A DNA stretch of 64,000 bases, taken from NCBI GenBank assembly GCA_037447605.1, contig CM074823.1, forward strand, positions 682,001 to 746,000. The letters are read 5' to 3'. Source of the DNA: Zygnema circumcarinatum SAG 698-1b. Its lineage: Eukaryota; Plantae; Zygnematophyceae. Under the pieces are notes generated by a model. That model searched no databases, was not told the origin of the DNA, and saw nothing but the letters and a program-made list of their open reading frames with translations. Position numbers and translations under genes: made by a program. Below are positions 53,301 to 64,000 of this stretch, in pieces (the first letter of the stretch is position 1; every line of letters begins with the position of its first letter).

Positions 53301-56145
53301 GGAGGAGGGAAAGGGAGGGAGGGGAGGAGGAGAGGAGGGAAGGGGAGAAGGGAGGGAAGGAGGGAGGGAGAAGGAGGGAGGGGAGGAGAGGGAGAGGGAG
53401 GGGAGAGGAGGGAGAGGAAGGAGGGAGAGGGAGGGGAGACAGAGGAGGAGGGAAAGAAGGAAGGGAGGGGAGGGAGGAGGGAGGGAAGGAGGAAGGAAGG
53501 GAGGGAGGGAAGAAGTGAGGGGAGGGGGGAGGAGGGCGGGAAGGAGGGAGGGGAGGGAAGGAGAGGGAGGGAGGCAGTGAGGGAAGGGAGGGGAGGAGGG
53601 AGGGGAAGAGGAGGGAAAGAGGAGGAGGGAGGAGGAGAAGGAGGGAGAAGGGGAGGGAGGGAGGGGAAGGGAGAAGGGAGAAGGAGAGGGAGAGGGGAGG
53701 TGTGCATGAGCTGAGGTTGGATTGTAGAACACATTACAGGAGTAGCAGAACGGCTTTTGTGTGTGACGTGTCGGGGAAAAGCAGTTCAGCTTAGAGAGTG
53801 GGGAGAAGGGGGAGAGGGGGGGGGAGAGAGAGAGAGAGGGAGAGTAGGAGGGGCAATTCGAACATTTACAGATCTCCAGAGAAGAGAGCATTTTATGACA
53901 TTTCGCATTCTTAGGAGTTGGGTTCTTAAGACCTTTCTTGAGTTCTAAGATTTTCCGGCCTTCAAGACGTAATGTGACTTCCCCACACTCCATTCTGCCG
54001 CATAGATCAATCCTGGCCGTTGATTTCACCTCCAGGTGGCGAAAATCCAAGGACGCCACACGGTCCATGATGTCATCCAGCCGTCCAGGTGTCGCGATCA
54101 GAACGTTCGCCCCGATCTCCGCCAGCTCAGCAATGTCCGCCGCAACGGAGGTCCCGCCCACAAGGAGCGAACTGGAAATGTTGGGAACCGTTGCAAGGAA
54201 CGGAACGGCAACGGCGGATATTTGTGCAGCGAGCTCCCTCGTGGGGGAGATGATGATGGCGCCCACCTGCATGCATGCGTTCGGGAGCTGCAGTGGTGGT
54301 GATAATGAGGGATAGCTAAAGAGGGATAGTGAGAGGGGATAGTAAAGAGAACATCGGAAAAAGGGAATGGTAAAGGGATAATGTAAAGAGAGATAGTGAA
54401 GAGGGATAATAAGGAATAGTGAGAGAGGAGATAGTAGGGAGAGGGATGGTGGTGAGGATCCATGGGGGGAGAGGGGTGGTGGGAGAGGGGATAGTGGGAG
54501 AGGGATGGTGGGTAAGGAGGTGGTGGAGAGGGGATGGTGGGAGAGGGATTGGTGGGCGGGGGAGGTGGTAGAGGAGGGATGGTTAGAGGGGATGGTAGGA
54601 GAGGGGATAGTGGGGAGGGGAGTAGTAGGGAGGGGATGGTGGAGAGGGATGGTGGAGGGGGATGAGGATGGTGAAGGGGGATAGTAGGAGGAGATGGTGG
54701 GAGGGGATGGTGGGAGTGGGGATGGTGGGATAGCGGATGGTGGAAGAGGGGATGGTGGAAGAGGGGATGGTGGGAGAGGGGATGGTGGGAGAGGGGATGG
54801 TGGGAGAGGGGATGGTGGGAGTGGGGATGGTGGGATAGCGGATGGTGGAAGAGGGGATGGTGGGAGAGGGGATGGTGGGAGAGGGGATGGTGAGAGGGAT
54901 GGTGGGGAGAGAGGATGGTGGGAGTGGGGATGATCAGATGGTGAAGAGGGGATGGTGGAGGGGATAAGGGGGATGGGAGAGGGATGGTGGGAGGGGATGG
55001 TTTACGATGGGGATGGTAGAGGGGGATATAGGGGCAATTATTGGGGAGGGGAATGAAAGAACGAGAGAAAATGATGAGAGAGAGAAGGGGGTGAAAGGGG
55101 TATAGGGATGATGGACAAGGTATGAAAAGTATCACAGCGGCTTTCTGCTAATCAAAAATGGATAATCTGAATGTAATTTGAATCACGATAAGAAGCCTAA
55201 CTAGTCGCTCGGGCCCTTCTCGTTTCCATGTGTTTCCAAGGAACCATCTGAGAGAAATACGAAAAATACCATCGGTATTTCGGTAAACCGAAGTACGGTT
55301 TTTTAAAAGCCAAAACCCGACAATACACAAGGCTGAAACTAATAAACCTAGTTCTATAGATTCCTCAAAACACAAAATTTTCCAGATTTTCACTTGTTAA
55401 AAGGAAACCCCAAAATCCAGAAACCGAAAAACCCAAATCCTCGGAAACGTAAAAGCCCGAATCCTCAGTGAGCCAAACACCTAAATCCTCAAGAGCTCAA
55501 GTCTTAACCCTAACCCTAACCTTCAGCTACCTTAACCCTAACCCGAACCCGAACCCTAACCCTGCTCTTAACCCTAACCCTAACCTTAACCTAACCCTAG
55601 CCCTAACNNNNNNNNNNCCTGGTTTTTCCCAAGACCCCAGTCAGTCAATGCTCCAGATTACATAACTGGGTATCCCTTCCTTCATGCTAGTTTCGTTTAA
55701 TCACTTTAATTCCTTCAAGGATCAAACGCTCCCTCACCAAAGAACTTCAAAACAAACCAGAAAAACAAATTAAAATTTAAATCTCAATTTTAAACAAAAT
55801 TAAATAAGACTAAACAAAATTGTTTTTTTTTTAATATATATCACTTGAAATTACCTGATTTTTCTTCAACGGCGGATCAATTTTCCGCAGTATTTCCACA
55901 ACGGGCAGCACGAAGGCTAGAGTCTTCCCGGAGCCTGTAACGGCCTCCACAGCCACATCCTTATTAGAGAGGAAGAGGGGGATGGCGGCCGCCTGGACGG
56001 GAGTGGTGCGGGAGAAGCCGAGGGAGGAGAGTAGGGAGAGGGTGGGAGGGGAGAGGGAAGGGAGGAGGGAGGAGAAGGGGATGCCGCAGGCGGCGGCGGG
56101 ATTGGGAGAGGGAGTAAGGGAGGGAGAGGGGGTAGGGAGAGCCAT
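40868..56145 (-). CDS. DDX55: DEAD-box RNA helicase, DDX55/SPB4/plant RH18 type (60S biogenesis); 11 exons
   Basis: Exons 56145-55855 (GFSRTTPVQ; [11 protein letters not shown]), 54266-54030 (SPTRELA; TPGRL), 53018-52743 (LDEAD; RRTGLFSAT), 45664-45585, 44902-44797 (LHGKMKQ), 44659-44546 ([11 protein letters not shown]), 44123-44025 ([18 protein letters not shown]), 43556-43470, 42885-42779 ([12 protein letters not shown]), 41746-41603 ([12 protein letters not shown]) and 41384-40868 ([19 protein letters not shown]). Confidence 0.93.
42886..43120 (-). repeat. Diverged inverted copy of the 3' part of repeat family A inside helicase intron 8
   Basis: The minus strand GAGAGAGGGGCCAGGACTATCCCTTGTCCAC..TTCCAATGAAAGCAATGGGGGGGGTCCGAGTGCAG matches the plus strand 39400-39468 GAGAGAGGGGCTAGGATTATCCCTTGCCCAC..TTCCAATGAATGCATTGGGCGGGCCCAAGTGCC. 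Confidence 0.75.
43560..43782. repeat. ~21-bp tandem repeat (CCATAACGGAATCCGTCA-like) in a helicase intron
   Basis: Recurrent CATAACGGAATCCGT with variants. Confidence 0.75.
45880..52670. repeat. ~6.8-kb polypyrimidine/polypurine low-complexity tract filling helicase intron 3 (includes a 100-N gap)
   Basis: The + strand is almost purely C/T, with a recurring unit CCCTCCCCCTCTGCCTTCCCCCCCCTTCCCTTCCCCTCCTTCCCTCC. Confidence 0.95.
54400..55025. repeat. 15-bp minisatellite GGGGATGGTGGGAGA in helicase intron 1
   Basis: Tandem copies, best conserved at 54700-54910. Confidence 0.9.
55500..55607. repeat. Interstitial (TAACCC)n hexamer telomere-like tract next to an assembly gap
   Basis: TAACCCTAACCC/GAACCC variants ending at an N run. 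Confidence 0.8.
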
Positions 56146-56644
56146 GGATGGATGAGAGGGAGGGTTTGCTGGCTTTTCGCTGGTTTCAGCGTTTTGTGGG
56201 AGGAGAAAGAGAGGGAGTGGGAGAGAGAGAGGGAGAGCGAGAGAGAGAAAGGAGAATAGAGTGAGGAAGATGGAGAGAGAGAGAGAGAGAAAGGTCCCTT
56301 AGCCCTAGGAGGGCTGCCACGAGCGAGGACGCATAGCCGCACAGCGCAAACCCTAAAACTGCACTCCGCGCAGCGCTACCCCCAAACTTTCGAATACGAA
56401 AGCCCGCGCCCCTGTGACAGCTGTCACTCTCACTCCCCCCCACACTCTCTCGCGCTCTCTCTCTTTCTCTCTCTCCCACTCTCTCTCTCTCTCCCTCTCT
56501 CTCTCTCTACTCTCACGAGCACCTGCGCGCTCTATTTCTGCTCTCTCTCAGCCACACTCTCTCTCTCTCTCTCTCTCTGCGCTCTCCCTTTCTCCCTCTG
56601 CGCGTCTCTCTCTGCCCCCTCTCTCTGCCTCCTCTCTGTCCGCC
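56146..56644. promoter_or_regulatory. Short shared (bidirectional) promoter region between the helicase and ProXp-ala genes, with a telo-box
   Basis: The divergent ATGs are 500 bp apart, AAACCCTAA lies at ~56348-56356, and CT-rich leaders occur on each sense strand. Confidence 0.6.
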
Positions 56645-61314
<4,670 letters not shown>

Positions 61315-62085
61315 CGTGACGTGACGTGATGTGACGTGACGGGGCAGTGGGCATGGGGCATGCATGCATGCATGCATGGCGTACAACTTGCTTGTCGTTT
61401 TCTAAGCCAAATCGTTCCATGAGTTTGGACAATGTGTTGTTGTTGGTGCCAATGATGATGCATGCTTTTTTTTTTTAATCTTTTTCCAGTAGCTCTTTCT
61501 TTTTTGGATTTTAGAACTCTTTTCTGACTACTGCTTTGGGCCATGTTCGCAAGGCTCTTAGATAAAAAATTTAGGAGTTCTAACATTTCTGTCCCTGATT
61601 GGCCTCGTACGGATACTCTATGTAGCGAGTTCTGTTCGCCGTTCCGTTATTTTTCCTTAAATCGTACTATGGGCGACAATATTGACGTTGTCTCGATTTT
61701 GAAATCGAAATTGGTACTTTTGTGAGTTAAAAATCGTGAGGTCTATTAGTATCGATTTTAATTTCGTTTCTTATGCTGTGCGGTCCAAAGTTTCCCAAGA
61801 ACCTTATGTTCGTAACCAGTACATGTCTTCATTCGATCTCCGAGCTGTGACTCCGATGTACTAATTCTGAAACATTTTTGTATCCCAATGAATGGTTGGG
61901 CCTTGTCCAACTTTTGATTGTTTGATTGAAGATCTAACTCAAACTCAGTACTCTTCAATGTCACTTTTGCTCTCTACTTCGAGTTTGTCAAGTATTAATA
62001 TTTGAAAGGAATTATGCTCCACAGATTCTCCTTTAAGTTGGGCGAATTGTCCTTTTTGTTCTTCTCTTCACTTTTAAACGTGGCT

Positions 62086-62204
62086 AAAAATAAGGGGGGG
62101 TGAAACATCCAAAACAAGGGGGGGGGTATCCAAAATGGGAGGGCAAAAAATTCAAGGAGGGGGTGGGATATCCAAAATGGGGGGAAGGTGCAGTATCATT
62201 CTCC
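62086..62204. repeat. Dispersed repeat family B, copy 2
   Basis: AAATAAGGGGGGTGAAACATCCAAAAC..GGGATATCCAAAATGGGGGG..GGTGCAGTATCATTCTCC, as at 14140-14370. Confidence 0.7.
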
Positions 62205-63272
62205 TTTCTTTTTATATATATATATATATTTTTTTTTATTGTGGCTGCGGAGACCTCCCAATGATGATGACATTCGACGGAGAGGAAGAGGCTCTCAAAG
62301 GCGGACCGATTGGCCTACTTCTGAAAATAAATTTGTGCGATTTTATGATAATTTGAACTTCCGGTGGCAGCGAGGGAGAGCAGTTTCTCCCCCCTCCCCC
62401 ACCCTTCTCTGTCATTGTCCTCTTTTTTTGTCCTTTATAGACGTTAGGGCGGTAGTGTCAGTTGGGGAGTTCCTCAAATGCCTTCTGTAAATAGATTTAA
62501 GTAATTGTAAATAAATTGATAATTAATTGTAAATAGCATTGATAGTGCAATATTGGCACAACTTTGTTCCAGGAAATCAACTTAGAATCGACCCCTTCCT
62601 CTATCAAACAGCAGCAAGGTAAAAACCCTAAAAACCTAAAACCCTAAAAACCCCTAAAACTCTAAAAATCCTAAAACCCTAGAAACCCTAAAAACCCTAA
62701 AATCCCGAAAAACCTCAAAAGATGAAGCTGCTCCACCCCACCATGTGCCAGATCTGGTGGGTTGAACCTCTCTCACCCTTTTCTTTTTTATCGATTGCTG
62801 CATAAAGGACCTCCTGCTGAAGACGAGGAGGAGTTTCTATTATGTAACATTCCTCACCAACAGAACCCTTCTTCTAGACCAAGGTTTTATTTTTTTTAAA
62901 TAAATAAATAAATAAAACTCGGTTTACAGCAGCTTTGTTTCCTAACACGCAAAACACTCAAAGCAAGATGCTTCGCTTTTGGCCTAGAAACAAAAAAAAC
63001 CTCTCTCTCTCTCTCTCCCTCTCTCCTTCTCTCCTTCTCTCCTTCTCTCCTTCTCTCCTTCTCCCCCTCTCCCCCTCTCTCCCTCTCTCCCTCTCCCTCT
63101 CTCGTTCTCTCCTTCTCCCTCCCCCCCTCTCCCCCTCTCCCCCTCTCCCCCTCTCCCCCTCTCCCCCTCTCCCCCTCCCCCTCCCCCTCCCCCTCCCCCT
63201 CCCCTTCTCCTCCCCCTCTCCCTCTCTCTCTCTCTCCTGTGTCGTAACATGGAAACCCAAGCTTATCCCCAT

Positions 63273-63629
63273 TATAGATCCGTATTATACACTTCGAGGT
63301 TTAATACAATGTATAATACAGTATTAATACAGTATTTTACATTGTATATAAAACCAAACATAACATCCGTACAACCCGGACATAGAGTGATGCAGATTTC
63401 TATCTGTGAAAACTGTATGCGGAACTATCAAGGCACACGTGTCACACGTGTGACCTTTCACACGTGTTGAATTGCTGGTTGGCCAATAATCAATCTCTGT
63501 TCAATAAGCGAGAAATCAAAAGAAAATACGTTAAATACATATAAAATACACTGTATTTTTAAAATGGTGTATAACACGCATGTATTATACAGTGTATTAA
63601 TACACGCGTTTGATACATACGGATCTATA
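63273..63629. mobile_element. hAT-type MITE (357 bp) with an 8-bp TSD
   Basis: TIR TATAGATCCGTAT / ATACGGATCTATA flanked by a perfect direct repeat ATCCCCAT (63265-63272 and 63630-63637). AT-rich GTATTA/TAATAC subterminal motifs. Confidence 0.88.
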
Positions 63630-63640
63630 ATCCCCATCCT

Positions 63641-63833
63641 CTACCTGCAGCATCCATGCGCCGTTTTGAAGGGGTCCTCCTCCTCGCTGCAGCGCACCAC
63701 TTCATAGGAGACGGCCCCGAGAACAGCGCCGATGACCGGCCCCAAAATGTAAACCCAAATGTCTTCAAATTGAGCCGCCGCAAATGCGGGGCCGAGAGAG
63801 CGAGCAGGGTTCATGGATGCTCCACAAATTGGC
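63641..63833 (-). CDS. Last exon of a MIP-family aquaporin, NIP-like (rest of gene beyond the window)
   Basis: TTTTTAG acceptor then (G)[51 protein letters not shown], containing the second NPA box and TM6. Confidence 0.88.
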
Positions 63834-64000
63834 CTAAAAATATTTCAGAGATAGCCCCCTAATCTTAAAAAGGGGCTTTTTGAATTAGTTGCAATGATTC
63901 ATTAACCTAAAAATGTAATTCTTGATACTTCAGCTCCACTCCCCCCCTTCCCCACCCGGTCTCTTGCGTCTTTCTATGACTATGATGATGATGATGATAA

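Noticed and set aside
45856-53714. ORFs of 1200-2300 aa rich in Pro/Ser/Leu or Gly/Arg/Glu (extensin- or formin-like)
   Set aside because: Stop-free only because the tract is pure C/T. They are open in several frames on both strands and lie inside a helicase intron.
55500-55617. True chromosome end at (TAACCC)n plus N gap
   Set aside because: Colinear exons of the same helicase gene lie on both sides, so the tract is interstitial.

Overview
Eukaryotic, intron-rich nuclear DNA with CT/GA-microsatellite-filled introns and plant-type genes. It is most likely a streptophyte (zygnematophyte-like) green alga, which is an inference from gene content and style. I reconstructed these spliced genes by hand: (1) a secreted LRR protein with a signal peptide, LRRNT cap, ~12 LRRs, a Cys-rich/EGF-like module and a Pro/Arg tail (minus, 463-6700), whose core is nine tandem ~200-bp exon+intron cassettes; (2) a mosaic region (7.6-14.4 kb) with a degenerate 5S rRNA copy, two MITE-like elements, an internal fragment of a bacterial-type Zn-dependent dehydrogenase and a broken small-protein gene; (3) a 30-exon divergent plastid SECA2-like gene (+, 15070-34851); (4) a DUF1997-type gene (-); (5) a DDX55/SPB4/RH18 helicase (-) with its last two exons tandemly duplicated; (6) a ProXp-ala/YbaK tRNA-editing gene (+), head-to-head with the helicase; and (7) the last exon of a NIP-type aquaporin (-) with a hAT-type MITE just past its stop. 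The best candidate for an undescribed system is the LRR cassette array. It has symmetric phase-2 exons, homogenised introns and exon cores, hypervariable ligand-face codons at both exon ends, and mosaic exon halves, which suggests a recombination- or splicing-diversified recognition protein. Nearly all long ORFs in the supplied track are low-complexity artefacts.
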